From contig JBGSUI010000242.1 in NCBI GenBank assembly GCA_041736175.1, forward strand, positions 1 to 54,479: a stretch of 54,479 bases of DNA, given 5' to 3'. Numbering within the stretch: the first letter of the stretch is position 1; the number at the start of each line of letters is the position of its first letter. Both the position numbers and the translations under genes were made by a program. Of this stretch, positions 8,581 to 18,254 are shown piece by piece. The notes beneath the pieces are model-generated. The model saw only the letters and a list, made by a program, of their open reading frames with translations. It was not told the origin of the DNA and did not search any database. The DNA is from Oligoflexales bacterium. GTDB lineage: Bacteria; Bdellovibrionota_B; Oligoflexia; Oligoflexales; CAIYRB01.

Positions 8581-9429
8581 TTAGGTCATGACCAAGGGTG
8601 GGTTTGTAGGGGGAGGATTGGAATGGCCTGGTTTGCTGGGATGACTTGCCGGATCAGGCCTAGATGGTCCCGTAGCCCTGAGATGGGGCCTTCCACCAGA
8701 GCAGAGATTTTGGACGTAGGAATCTAAGTTTTTTTGGACGTCTGCTTCAAGCCCTAGAAACTTAATCCCTGCCATATAGGTCTCCTGGTCGCTCCCATGG
8801 GGTCGGCAGGTTTTAACTTCGGCAGTGACTGTAAGAGGCAAGGTTTCCGCAGCAAATTGCGAATTTTTATCGGATGGTTGGGTCAAGTTAAATCCGGGCA
8901 AACTGGCTAAGTCTAGGGAAAGGCGTTGACCTTTTCTTAATCTCTTGCCTACCACAAGGGTTGCATTTTGGGGCGAAAGGTCTCTGAGATGAACCATCGA
9001 GAACTCCCCGATTTCACTCGGTGGGACGCGAGGCTCTTCTCCATGAGGCGTCCCTCTTTTGACCAAAGACCTCAGGTTTTTTCTAATCGCCAAAGGGCTG
9101 AAGGTCCAAGGTCCAACGGGCACCTCGTCCGCGACGTCACGAAAACCGTTTAAAATTTTGATTGGCAAAAAAAGCTCTTGCGCCTTTTTCACGGTTTGGG
9201 TGCCACCTGATTCTGCCACCATCCCCGATAAGGCTAGAGTCACAGCGAGGAGCACCAGCAAGAATAAAATGATTCCAACGGAGAAGGATAATGATCGATC
9301 GGGGTCGATGGACGTAACTGCTTCTATCGAGATATCTTCGATACCTTCCCCGAAAGCTGAGGCTCCTTCAAGAACAAGCAAAAATAAAATTGAAAAGCTA
9401 ATTTGTTTCGTTTTCATAGAAATTCGCAA
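8581..9429 (-). CDS. Membrane-anchored PilZ-like domain protein
   Basis: N-terminal signal and TM helix; C-terminal DLS...A, V.AEV..C and Y.AGIKF pattern typical of PilZ barrels. Confidence 0.55.
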   Translation of the reverse strand: MRISMKTKQISFSILFLLVLEGASAFGEGIEDISIEAVTSIDPDRSLSFSVGIILFLLVLLAVTLALSGMVAESGGTQTVKKAQELFLPIKILNGFRDVADEVPVGPWTFSPLAIRKNLRSLVKRGTPHGEEPRVPPSEIGEFSMVHLRDLSPQNATLVVGKRLRKGQRLSLDLASLPGFNLTQPSDKNSQFAAETLPLTVTAEVKTCRPHGSDQETYMAGIKFLGLEADVQKNLDSYVQNLCSGGRPHLRATGPSRPDPASHPSKPGHSNPPPTNPPLVMT

Positions 9430-9540
9430 CCTCTGGAGTCGGATAGGTAGACGATTTAGTAGGGAGGTGTCAATAAGAATTAATTGAGCTACTCCTATTT
9501 TATCCTATCAGCCTGGCTAGATAAAGGCTGCCCCCCAAAA

Positions 9541-9569
9541 TTGACCGGTTGGGCGGTTCGCTATATATT
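9541..9569 (+). promoter_or_regulatory. Putative sigma70 promoter upstream of ribF
   Basis: TTGACC-N17-TATATT. Confidence 0.45.
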
Positions 9570-9730
9570 TGCTGATCAATATCGGTCGATTACCACAAGT
9601 CTTGTTTGCTATTGACTACACCTCGAAAGGATGTAAGGAAAGTGATGTTAAAATTTGGACTCTAGGGTTAAGATCCTGAGATTTCCAAGAAAAACCCAAG
9701 ATCATTAACTAGCTCAAGAGTTTACTCCCT

Positions 9731-10696
9731 ATGTCGATTTTAACGATTGGAAATTTTGATGGCTGTCATTTAGGACACCAGGCTCTCATCAGCAGAACGC
9801 TGCAGGTCGCCCATACTTCACTTGACGAAACGCCAGCTGCTTTGACTTTTAGTCCCCGTCCAGAAGCTTTCTTCAAAGGGATCTCTAAGGAAGCACTTTT
9901 GATGACCATGGGCCAAAAACAACGGGCCCTTGCAGAATTGGGCATATTGGAGTTTCATTGTTTAGATTTTGATAAACAACTCGCCTCTATGTCTGCCAAG
10001 GATTTCTTAGACAAGGTTATCCTCAAACGATTTCATGGTCGGCATCTCGTGATTGGCGAAGACTTTCATTTTGGTCAGAATCGAGTGGGTCACGCTGCCT
10101 GGCTGCTCCAGCACACCGATCCTAAAAAATTTGGGGTTTCGGTCGTTAAGACCTACCAGGTTAAAAACCAAAAGATAGGAAGCTCCCTTATTCGGAGTCT
10201 CCTCGGAATGTATGGAGATGTCGCCACGGCTCAAGAGATGTTAGGCCGTCCTTATCTACTAGAGGGAGTCATCACCAAAGGCCAGCAGCTGGGGAGAACT
10301 ATAGGATTTCCCACAATCAATCTACAAACCACCGACCAGCTCATTCCAAAACCAGGTGTTTATGCCGGTTATCTTTGGCTCGAATCACCGACCCAAGGGA
10401 CTCCAACCATATTAACCCGCGACCCGACGGCTCGACGGGCCGTTTTTAACATCGGCTACAAACCCACAGTCGCTGCAAACGCTGGTGCTCAGATTTCGGT
10501 CGAAGGCCATATCCTGGAAGAGCATCCTGTTTTAAAAACCTTGGCACACAAGGAAACCTACGGACTTAAGGCCGGATTTTATATGTGCCATCGTCTGCGG
10601 GACGAACAAAAGTTTTCTAGTCTCGAAGAGCTTAAGAAGCAAATCAACAAAGACTGCACGCAGGGACTGGAGCTGTTAAACTCCAGCGTTATTTAA
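9731..10696 (+). CDS. ribF: Bifunctional riboflavin kinase/FAD synthetase
   Basis: Motifs IGNFDG.HLGHQ, G.DFHFG, SS.IR, GRTIGFPT.N, P..GVY and LRDEQKF.SLE.L. Confidence 0.95.
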   Translation: MSILTIGNFDGCHLGHQALISRTLQVAHTSLDETPAALTFSPRPEAFFKGISKEALLMTMGQKQRALAELGILEFHCLDFDKQLASMSAKDFLDKVILKRFHGRHLVIGEDFHFGQNRVGHAAWLLQHTDPKKFGVSVVKTYQVKNQKIGSSLIRSLLGMYGDVATAQEMLGRPYLLEGVITKGQQLGRTIGFPTINLQTTDQLIPKPGVYAGYLWLESPTQGTPTILTRDPTARRAVFNIGYKPTVAANAGAQISVEGHILEEHPVLKTLAHKETYGLKAGFYMCHRLRDEQKFSSLEELKKQINKDCTQGLELLNSSVI

Positions 10697-10713
10697 ACAA
10701 TTGATTGATCCCT

Positions 10714-12309
10714 CTACCAGTAAACATTACACGGAATGTCTAGGGCCTCTGCATGTTTGATATCTGCGCGGTTAGGAGCTATCTCATAGACCGTAGCTTT
10801 AGATTCCCCCCATTCAATCGCTCGCACTTCAAGATCTCCGACCTTTAACTCACATTTGCGGTCCACACGGGGGACAAAGCGAGACGCGTAGACCATTCGG
10901 AATTTATCTGATGTGGCCTTGTCATTGATAACGAGTTGACTGATATTTTGGTCAAGTCTTTGGTGGGTCTCTGGGAAAATTGACTTTTTGCAAAATCCTT
11001 CGATTAAGCCAAAAGACCATGGTTCTGGCGAGATTTTATTCTGTGGCTCAAGGGGAGGCTTAGCTTCTTTGGAATAGCCGATAATTTCCTGAAGCCGCAA
11101 AGTCCATCGGGTCGTCTTAACAGGAACGGCCAAATCTTTTAGGTCAGCCAGCACCACCCCTAGGCCATACTGGGCTCCAATATCTTCCACACATTTAACC
11201 AAGGAGCGACTTAAGATCACACCAAAGGTACCATCACTGGAAAAAGCAGTTGCTAGAGCATCAAAACCTAAGGGCTCGCTCGTCGCCGCTGGTAAAGGAA
11301 TCTCCACCAGTGTGGTCCCATCAAAGACGACTGGTTTAGAGAGAACACCGATTTTTTCTTTGGTTTCCTTTTCACCGACAGGTGCGTCGCCCACTCTTTC
11401 GATGGAGGCAACGGTCGAAGAGCCGGTCTCCACGGTAAATGCGAGGGTTTTTAGGGTTGCTTTGAGTTTTGAGCCCTTTTTTAGGGCTAATCCATTGGTG
11501 TAGGGAGCCGGAAGTCTGATGGGTTTGAGTACAGCAGTAGCCACCTCTGCGACCCCATTGAAAGTGGTTTCTTCCAGGGTAAAGATATTTCCTGACGTGG
11601 ATTTTGCTAAGATCACTTTATAGCTGTTAGCCGTGGTTGTCGGTGCCCAAGTCGCTAAAACCTGACCCTCCACATCGGTCCCAAGGGTGACCAGAGTCGC
11701 TGGATCTGCCGTGAAACTAGTTATGGTTGACCCATCTGTGTTTGTGGAGGTCGCCTGTTTGATTTCAATCAATTTAGCTCTAGCCTTAAGACCGTCGCGT
11801 ACAGTCCACATAAATAAGCGGGAGTCTGGACTAAACTCACCTATCGTTTCTACCAATTTATCCGACGTGAGGGCCTGGGGACTTTTGGCTTCGTTGAGTG
11901 ACTGTAAATAGAGATCCTTTTGTCCCGCCTTGGTGGCTCCGACAACGGCCAGGGTACCGTCTTGACTTAAAACGACTTCCCGCTCCTGTCCAAGATCAGT
12001 CCCGGTGACCCTGCGGACGTTTTGGGGTTGGCCTCCCTGGGGCCAGTCTGCGCGAAAAGCTTTTATAGAGAGGCTTGATCCTGTGGATTCCCGGCCGGAA
12101 ATGTAGGCTATGCGCTCCCCTGAGGCGCTTAGGACCGGATCGCCGTCATAAAATTGAATGGAAGTGCTTTCCACTTCGCCTCCACTGCGTGGGGGGATCT
12201 CCTTAGCAGATTTCGACTTGGAGCTTTTACCGCACCCAAGACCCACCTCCATCAAAATCGAGAGCACTATGATTCTTTTTAAAATCCTTGTAGTTATCAC
12301 CTTATCCAT
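10714..12309 (-). CDS. Lipoprotein with TolB/PD40-like beta-propeller N-terminal region
   Basis: Lipobox GLGC; PD40-like repeats P.LS..GERIAY.S.R, LSQDG and FSPDSR. Start placed at MDKVI (12309), which has a GGGGAG RBS. Confidence 0.6.
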   Translation of the reverse strand: MDKVITTRILKRIIVLSILMEVGLGCGKSSKSKSAKEIPPRSGGEVESTSIQFYDGDPVLSASGERIAYISGRESTGSSLSIKAFRADWPQGGQPQNVRRVTGTDLGQEREVVLSQDGTLAVVGATKAGQKDLYLQSLNEAKSPQALTSDKLVETIGEFSPDSRLFMWTVRDGLKARAKLIEIKQATSTNTDGSTITSFTADPATLVTLGTDVEGQVLATWAPTTTANSYKVILAKSTSGNIFTLEETTFNGVAEVATAVLKPIRLPAPYTNGLALKKGSKLKATLKTLAFTVETGSSTVASIERVGDAPVGEKETKEKIGVLSKPVVFDGTTLVEIPLPAATSEPLGFDALATAFSSDGTFGVILSRSLVKCVEDIGAQYGLGVVLADLKDLAVPVKTTRWTLRLQEIIGYSKEAKPPLEPQNKISPEPWSFGLIEGFCKKSIFPETHQRLDQNISQLVINDKATSDKFRMVYASRFVPRVDRKCELKVGDLEVRAIEWGESKATVYEIAPNRADIKHAEALDIPCNVYW

Positions 12310-12422
12310 CACTGACTCCCCAGACTTATAACTGGCAAAACATCGAACCACGGCAAAAAGTGTGGGATTTTACCGTTCCCTGGCGTATCTTTGCATGCCG
12401 TATCACAGCTAGCAAGTCTGGT

Positions 12423-14063
12423 ATGACGCCTATGCCACAAACGACATCCAAAGAGTTCCCAAAAAGCACCATTGCTGCCATTGATTTAGGCTCCAATTCT
12501 GCACACATGGTCATCGCTGAGATGGATCATGTGGGACAAATGCGTGTCCTAGACATGGATAAAGTCCATCTCAGGCTGGGTGCAGCCATCGATAGCCATG
12601 GAAATATCTCGGACGAAGCCATCCATAAAACGGCCGAGACCCTGCGGCATATGTTCGAAATCATTGCCCCTTATAATGCTACCATCCGTGCAGTAGCTAC
12701 CCATGCTGCCCGGGAGTCAAAAAACTATAAAACCCTCCTTTCAGAGATCAAGAGAATCGCCCAAATCCATGTGGAGGTGATCGACGGGATTGAGGAAGCC
12801 CGCCTAGTCTTCCTCGGAATGCGCTATGGCCTATCTTTAGTGGATACCACCTGCTTGGGCGTGGATGTGGGAGGCGGCTCTTCCGAAATCATTATTTCTA
12901 AAAATGATGATATCTCCTATGTCTCTTCCTATAAGTTGGGTGCTGTCACTCTCACCAAGATGTTCTTTCCCAAGTCTGCCTATACCAATGCCAACCTTAA
13001 AAATATGCGCGAGCACATCCGCTCGGTCCTATCGCCTCTATCCCATGAAACCGAGATGATTCCCTTCCAAAAGGCCCTGGCCGCGTCGGGGACGGCAAAA
13101 GCCCTTGCTTTTATCCACGCCAAGTATCGGGGTGGAGTGGTCATGTCTGACCCAAACGGCTATGTGATCACCCACAATGAGCTACGGGAGTTGCGGGAAC
13201 AACTTTGCAAGCTACTCGAACCTGAAAAGATTAAAAATGCGACTGGTCTTGAAGAATCCCGTTGTGAAATCATTGTCGCGGGAACGCTGGTCCTCGAAGA
13301 AATCAGCCAAAAACTCAACGTTAAAGAATGGGTCATAACCTCTTATGGGCTAAGAGAAGGTCTTGTCGCCGACACTTTCTACCGGATTCATGGCGAAAAA
13401 TCCCATGATCTTCCTGATATTCAGTGGCATAGCGTCCTCCAATTTGCCAAACATCTTCGGATTGACCAATCCCATGCATTTAGGGTTAAAACCCTCGCCC
13501 TGAAGATTTATGGTCAACTTTCCCAATGCATTAAAATGCCCAAAGCTGATTTAGGACCCTGGAAGAATGGGACCCACAATTTTGGCGACGAAGACCATGA
13601 TGCCAACGTCAAACTCCTTAAGGGAGCCGCCTACCTCCGCGAGGCTGGTAAGTTTCTTAGCTCCCCTCAATATCACAGGCATTCCCAATACCTTATCGCC
13701 AATTGCCGGCTTCCCGGATTTACTGAGTCTGAGCGCCAGTTGATGGGTCTGGTTGCTAGATTCCAAAGGAAAGCACCTCCGTCTGCCAATCACCGGGAAT
13801 GTGCCGATTTAAGTGCTCCGGTCATGAAAAGATTAAAGATCTTGTCCGGCATTGTCCGTTTAGCGGCTGCTCTTGATAGGACGAGGCAAGATAGAGTCAA
13901 AGATATTGTGATCACCAAATTTCAGGATAAAATCCTTTTAACTTTATACCACGATACAGCCAATCCTCCCGATGTAGAACTCCAAAAAGCACTGTTGGAG
14001 TTATCGGCATTAGAAAAATCTTTTGATTTAAAACTCGAGTTTGAAACACGGGCCCTGTCGTGA
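12423..14063 (+). CDS. ppx: Ppx/GppA exopolyphosphatase / pppGpp phosphohydrolase
   Basis: Motifs AAIDLGSNS, VATHAARE, G.EEARL, DVGGGSSE and GLREG, plus an HD-like C-terminal domain. Start uncertain (12423 or 12432). Confidence 0.9.
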   Translation: MTPMPQTTSKEFPKSTIAAIDLGSNSAHMVIAEMDHVGQMRVLDMDKVHLRLGAAIDSHGNISDEAIHKTAETLRHMFEIIAPYNATIRAVATHAARESKNYKTLLSEIKRIAQIHVEVIDGIEEARLVFLGMRYGLSLVDTTCLGVDVGGGSSEIIISKNDDISYVSSYKLGAVTLTKMFFPKSAYTNANLKNMREHIRSVLSPLSHETEMIPFQKALAASGTAKALAFIHAKYRGGVVMSDPNGYVITHNELRELREQLCKLLEPEKIKNATGLEESRCEIIVAGTLVLEEISQKLNVKEWVITSYGLREGLVADTFYRIHGEKSHDLPDIQWHSVLQFAKHLRIDQSHAFRVKTLALKIYGQLSQCIKMPKADLGPWKNGTHNFGDEDHDANVKLLKGAAYLREAGKFLSSPQYHRHSQYLIANCRLPGFTESERQLMGLVARFQRKAPPSANHRECADLSAPVMKRLKILSGIVRLAAALDRTRQDRVKDIVITKFQDKILLTLYHDTANPPDVELQKALLELSALEKSFDLKLEFETRALS

Positions 14064-15127
14064 GTTTTAAAAAGCACCAAAACTACCAAGTTTTCCTTTC
14101 GAGCCTTCAAAAGCTTCGGGTCTCGCTAGCAAGAGACGAAGTAGGATTTGGGTGTATTTATGGTTCGTCTGAAGTGCTGATCGAAGCCGCAATCAAAGAG
14201 GTTAAGCAGTCTTTTTCGGATCTAGGTTTCCAAACGACCTCCATCGAAGCTAGCCAGTGGGTTCAGTCTCAAGACCTCCTGAGCCAGGTCAGTCTTTTTG
14301 ATCCACTCAATCTATACATTGTGATCCGCTGTGAAACGATCCGTTCATGGCCCCAATGGTTTAAGAAAAACCTTCCTGACGACAAATCTCGGCAGCAAAA
14401 AACAGTCCCCTCCGTGGAGATTTCAAAGTCAAATAAAGTCTTGTTTGTCTTTACCAGCGACCGCCTTTTAGAGGGGGTTCAAAAGGAGCTGACCGCTCTC
14501 GAAGCACCGCTCATACCCTGCTTTGACCCGTGGCCCAACGATTTTCCCACACTGATTCGAGATCTTGCCAGTAAACTTCAAGTTCAACTAACAAGCGATG
14601 CCATCGAAGCCCTTATCGAGGCTAACGGCTATGACCTTATCAAACTCAGAAATGAGCTTTCGAAACTCTCGTTGATTTTTTCAAATTCAACCTCACCATT
14701 AACCCGTTCAATGATCGCGACCCACCTCGGAATGCTGCGCTCCGAAGACTCCTTTAAGATGGACCGCCTTTTGGCGGAAAGATCCTGGGCATCTGCCCAA
14801 AGCCTTATCCTAAGTCTTCTAGACGATGGTGAAAAACCCCTGGCGATTTTGGGAATCATAAGCTACCACTGCCGAAACACTCTTCTCGTAGAGTCTGCCC
14901 GCCAATCAGGACTCAATCCCACTCAAATTCAAAAAATGACGGGGCTGACTCCTATGGCCATCAAAACCTATCTGGGTGCGAGCACAAGACCCAAGGTATC
15001 ACACTACACCTTAGCCTTAAAGAAATGTCGCGAGGCTGACTTCGCCATGAAATCAAGCAATCTCCAAGGGGACCTTCTCCTGACCCAAATTATAGAGACT
15101 CTACAAACAGTGCAACTCACGCACTGA
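14060..15127 (+). CDS. holA: DNA polymerase III subunit delta
   Basis: Motifs SLF, A...L....G.DL..L.NEL.KL, GE.PL.IL and D...KS. Confidence 0.8.
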   Translation: MSFKKHQNYQVFLSSLQKLRVSLARDEVGFGCIYGSSEVLIEAAIKEVKQSFSDLGFQTTSIEASQWVQSQDLLSQVSLFDPLNLYIVIRCETIRSWPQWFKKNLPDDKSRQQKTVPSVEISKSNKVLFVFTSDRLLEGVQKELTALEAPLIPCFDPWPNDFPTLIRDLASKLQVQLTSDAIEALIEANGYDLIKLRNELSKLSLIFSNSTSPLTRSMIATHLGMLRSEDSFKMDRLLAERSWASAQSLILSLLDDGEKPLAILGIISYHCRNTLLVESARQSGLNPTQIQKMTGLTPMAIKTYLGASTRPKVSHYTLALKKCREADFAMKSSNLQGDLLLTQIIETLQTVQLTH

Positions 15128-15294
15128 AGCCTATCAGATTCACGTTCGAGCTAGTCATCCATCAAACACTGTCTACTCTTTAATCACATCGCCGTAGTGC
15201 ATAACATAGCTAGTCGATAAAATTTGTATTAATTTCCTAAACCCTTTCCGGCACATTGACAGCGCGCACTGTCTCTAAAAGTAGTTGGAATTCT

Positions 15295-15310
15295 TGGAAT
15301 ATTTATTGCA
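15295..15310 (+). promoter_or_regulatory. Possible sigma54 promoter
   Basis: TGGAATATTTATTGCA has GG-N10-GC spacing. An upstream inverted repeat GACAG-N6-CTGTC lies at ~15258-15273. Confidence 0.4.
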
Positions 15311-15356
15311 TGTCTATATATAGAAGCAATAAAAGGCGGTTAAAAGGTAGGGTGGT

Positions 15357-17105
15357 ATGGTGCTTATCAAATTAAAACATCGATTGTTTTTATGCGTTGC
15401 ATTGGTCATGGGTGGAGTCCTTGCCTGCGGCAGCAAGCCCCGACTGACCGACGACCCACAGTTTTCTTTACCTCCACTCGAAGATAAATCCAATGACACA
15501 GATGACGCTGATCGGGACGACAGCCAAAACCTCGACCGCACAGAGGGTGACGACAACCCAAAAAAATCACCGGAAGAATCCTCCGTAGCGTATCTTTCGG
15601 AAGAAGACATTCTCCATAAAATCGGGTCCGGTCAAAAACAAATGGATCTGCTATGCCGCCACCATGCAACCACTCGGCCAAACGCCGTCATAAAAGCCTT
15701 TTGTATCGATAGTGTAAAACCCGCAAATATCCGCGAGCTTCAGCAAGCTCTGGGTCTGGCAATCGTCAACGAAAATCTAGTTCAACGGGAACAAAATGGG
15801 ACGGGCGGCAATCCAGCTTTTGCACTCCTTGGACATTCGACCTCCCTAGTGGGTCGCCTTGTGAATGGACTAAATCCAAGAGCTATAGTGTTTACTCCTC
15901 CAGACCGTCTGACCTCCGCTAACTTAGATTTTGTAATGATGTCCTTTGTCCGGGGTGAACAGTTTGTCGAACTTGCGGCTTTTGATAGCCAAAGTAAAAG
16001 TCTCGAATTTTATCTTTTGAGATTTAAACAACCCTGTAATCAAAAAAAAGGTGGATGCTCCTTTGGCGAGCTTATGACCCCCGAACTAGAGAAAGACTGG
16101 ACAGAAACCACTCTGTACTCGATGGAACAACTAACAGACACGATTTTGGACTGCACCCACTGCCACCAACCCCAAGGCCCCACAGCTCCTCGAAGCCTAA
16201 GGATGCAGGAATTAGAAACACCTTGGTCCCACTGGTTTAGCAATGACACCAAGGGACTCGCTCTCATAAACGACTACTATGCGATGCATGGTCAATCAGA
16301 ATTTTATGCTGGTATCCCAGGCCCTATGATTGGGGGTTCAAGACCCGAACTCCTCGACAAATTTATTAAAAAGACCGGCTTTATCAGTGGCCAGATCAAC
16401 GACTTTAAATCCAAAATTATCGAAACTGAAATCGTCGCTAACAATCCAAGACAGCCGGTCGACAACACCCTTCCGGGAGTCAGTGCTACCTGGCAGGGTC
16501 AATACACTCAGAGTAAGAACTCCTTCTTGCCACCCCTACCTTACCACGACCTTAAGGTGACTGAGTTTGGGCCAGCTTCCAAAGCCGTCGACGATTACCA
16601 AGATTACCTACAAAACCGTATCTTCGCATCTGACTTGCCCAAATATCGAGATCTTTTTAAAATCGATCAAAACCAACGGGCAAGGATGGGCTTTGCCATC
16701 GAGAGAGAGGCGGGCCCCCAAGAAACCCTCGAGCGCGCCTGTGGCCAATGTCACAATAGCCGCCTGGATCAGAGATTGGGAAAGTCTCGGTTTAATGCTT
16801 CCCTAGAACAAATTAAAGACCGAGACAAAGTCCTTGAGACCGCTATCACACGACTCCAACTCGGCTATTCTCCGGAACGCCTTAAGGCTTTAAACATCAA
16901 TTTTATCCCCCAAAGGGATCTAGAAGATTCGAAAGAATCTCCTGAAAAAAGCAGCAAAAAGGCAGCAAAAAAACTAATCACTCCAATGCAGGTTGAGCGC
17001 TATTCCCACGCCCTCACGATGCCCCCCGCTAGGTTTAGGCAACTAACCGATGAACAAATCGACATGCTGGTCCAGTACTTAGCCTCTCAAAAAACCAAAA
17101 AATAA
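15357..17105 (+). CDS. Lipoprotein with two c-type heme motifs (diheme cytochrome c-like), function unknown
   Basis: Lipobox VLAC; CTHCH at 16152-16166, CGQCH at 16740-16754, C-terminal MPP...LT.EQI. Confidence 0.75.
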   Translation: MVLIKLKHRLFLCVALVMGGVLACGSKPRLTDDPQFSLPPLEDKSNDTDDADRDDSQNLDRTEGDDNPKKSPEESSVAYLSEEDILHKIGSGQKQMDLLCRHHATTRPNAVIKAFCIDSVKPANIRELQQALGLAIVNENLVQREQNGTGGNPAFALLGHSTSLVGRLVNGLNPRAIVFTPPDRLTSANLDFVMMSFVRGEQFVELAAFDSQSKSLEFYLLRFKQPCNQKKGGCSFGELMTPELEKDWTETTLYSMEQLTDTILDCTHCHQPQGPTAPRSLRMQELETPWSHWFSNDTKGLALINDYYAMHGQSEFYAGIPGPMIGGSRPELLDKFIKKTGFISGQINDFKSKIIETEIVANNPRQPVDNTLPGVSATWQGQYTQSKNSFLPPLPYHDLKVTEFGPASKAVDDYQDYLQNRIFASDLPKYRDLFKIDQNQRARMGFAIEREAGPQETLERACGQCHNSRLDQRLGKSRFNASLEQIKDRDKVLETAITRLQLGYSPERLKALNINFIPQRDLEDSKESPEKSSKKAAKKLITPMQVERYSHALTMPPARFRQLTDEQIDMLVQYLASQKTKK

Positions 17106-17150
17106 GTTGCCTCTATGATAAAATGAAAGGGAACTGCGCAAACCCCCATC

Positions 17151-18254
17151 ATGCGATTGAAGACCAGCATGCTTTATCTTTTTCAAATTTGGCAAATTGG
17201 TGCGATATTTCTTCTGTATTTGGGGACTAGCAACACTGCAAGGGCAGAACAAGTCTACGTCCCCACCGAAGTCCGCATTTCACCTTTTAAGTCTAAAAAT
17301 ATTTTTCAGACTGGTCGCCTCCCACCGTTTACAATCACAAAACAGACCAGCAGGACGTCACCCCCCAAAAAAAGAGAAGAACCCAAGGTCGATCTATGGA
17401 TATTGTCCCAAAACCACCTATGGCGATGGACTTTAGACAGCAATCTTTTAAGTAAAATCTCCATCACCGGTTTCGAATCTTCACCAGAAACTGCAGAGGA
17501 CAGCCTGATTACAAGCAGTGGTCAAAGTCTCTACTTTTACCAAAATGCTACCCTTTTTATCTACAGAATGCCCGAGAAAAAACTTTTTAAAATGGCCTTT
17601 CCCAAAGAAACCTACGGAATAGTCAAAGGCATTTTTCCGGGTGGACGATACCTCTGGGTCATCACTGAAAAAGGGACCCTGCAATATGATCCACAAGATA
17701 TGAGACTAACCCCCCAAAAACGGCTTGACCTTAGTGATTTTAGAGGTAGGGGGATCATCAACCAATCCTTATCACTCCTTTACCCAGTCAAAAACAAAAT
17801 CCTTTCGGTTGCACTTCAAAAAGACCCCACTGACGCCAAAAAACCAGAAAAAACAGTTTTCTTTCAAACCACTGAGCCCATCCTAGGAATCGATCGTATC
17901 GAGCAAGAAATCTATATCCATACTGCTTACTCAATCATTCGCTTGGATCCTACCGGTAAACTTCTCCAAGCAATTCCTGTCGAACAAAGGCGTAAACTGC
18001 ACCGTTTGAGCTTTGAAGAGAGTGATGAAAGGGGGCATATCTACCATAGCTACCAGTTTCATGATGGCTTGGTTGAGGTCTATAACATCTCTCGCAAACA
18101 GGTGGTCCGTTATGCCTTGCCGGCTCCGCAAAAAAAACCGTCTAGCCCTTTTTTAATAGCGACTCCCTATTTGGTCGTCGGGGATGATGGTATCTTAAGA
18201 GTCTTCGATACCAGAAAAATCTCTGAACTTAGCTTGGAACAAGCCCATGACTAG
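17151..18254 (+). CDS. Exported hypothetical protein, probably a beta-propeller
   Basis: Signal peptide and repeated beta-strand patterns (LWILS..LWRW, LWVITEKG.LQYDP). Overlaps the start of the next gene. Confidence 0.55.
   Translation: MRLKTSMLYLFQIWQIGAIFLLYLGTSNTARAEQVYVPTEVRISPFKSKNIFQTGRLPPFTITKQTSRTSPPKKREEPKVDLWILSQNHLWRWTLDSNLLSKISITGFESSPETAEDSLITSSGQSLYFYQNATLFIYRMPEKKLFKMAFPKETYGIVKGIFPGGRYLWVITEKGTLQYDPQDMRLTPQKRLDLSDFRGRGIINQSLSLLYPVKNKILSVALQKDPTDAKKPEKTVFFQTTEPILGIDRIEQEIYIHTAYSIIRLDPTGKLLQAIPVEQRRKLHRLSFEESDERGHIYHSYQFHDGLVEVYNISRKQVVRYALPAPQKKPSSPFLIATPYLVVGDDGILRVFDTRKISELSLEQAHD

Noticed and set aside
12381..12395. TGGCGTATCTTTGCA as a sigma54 promoter for ppx
   Set aside because: The GG-to-GC spacing is 9 rather than the required 10.
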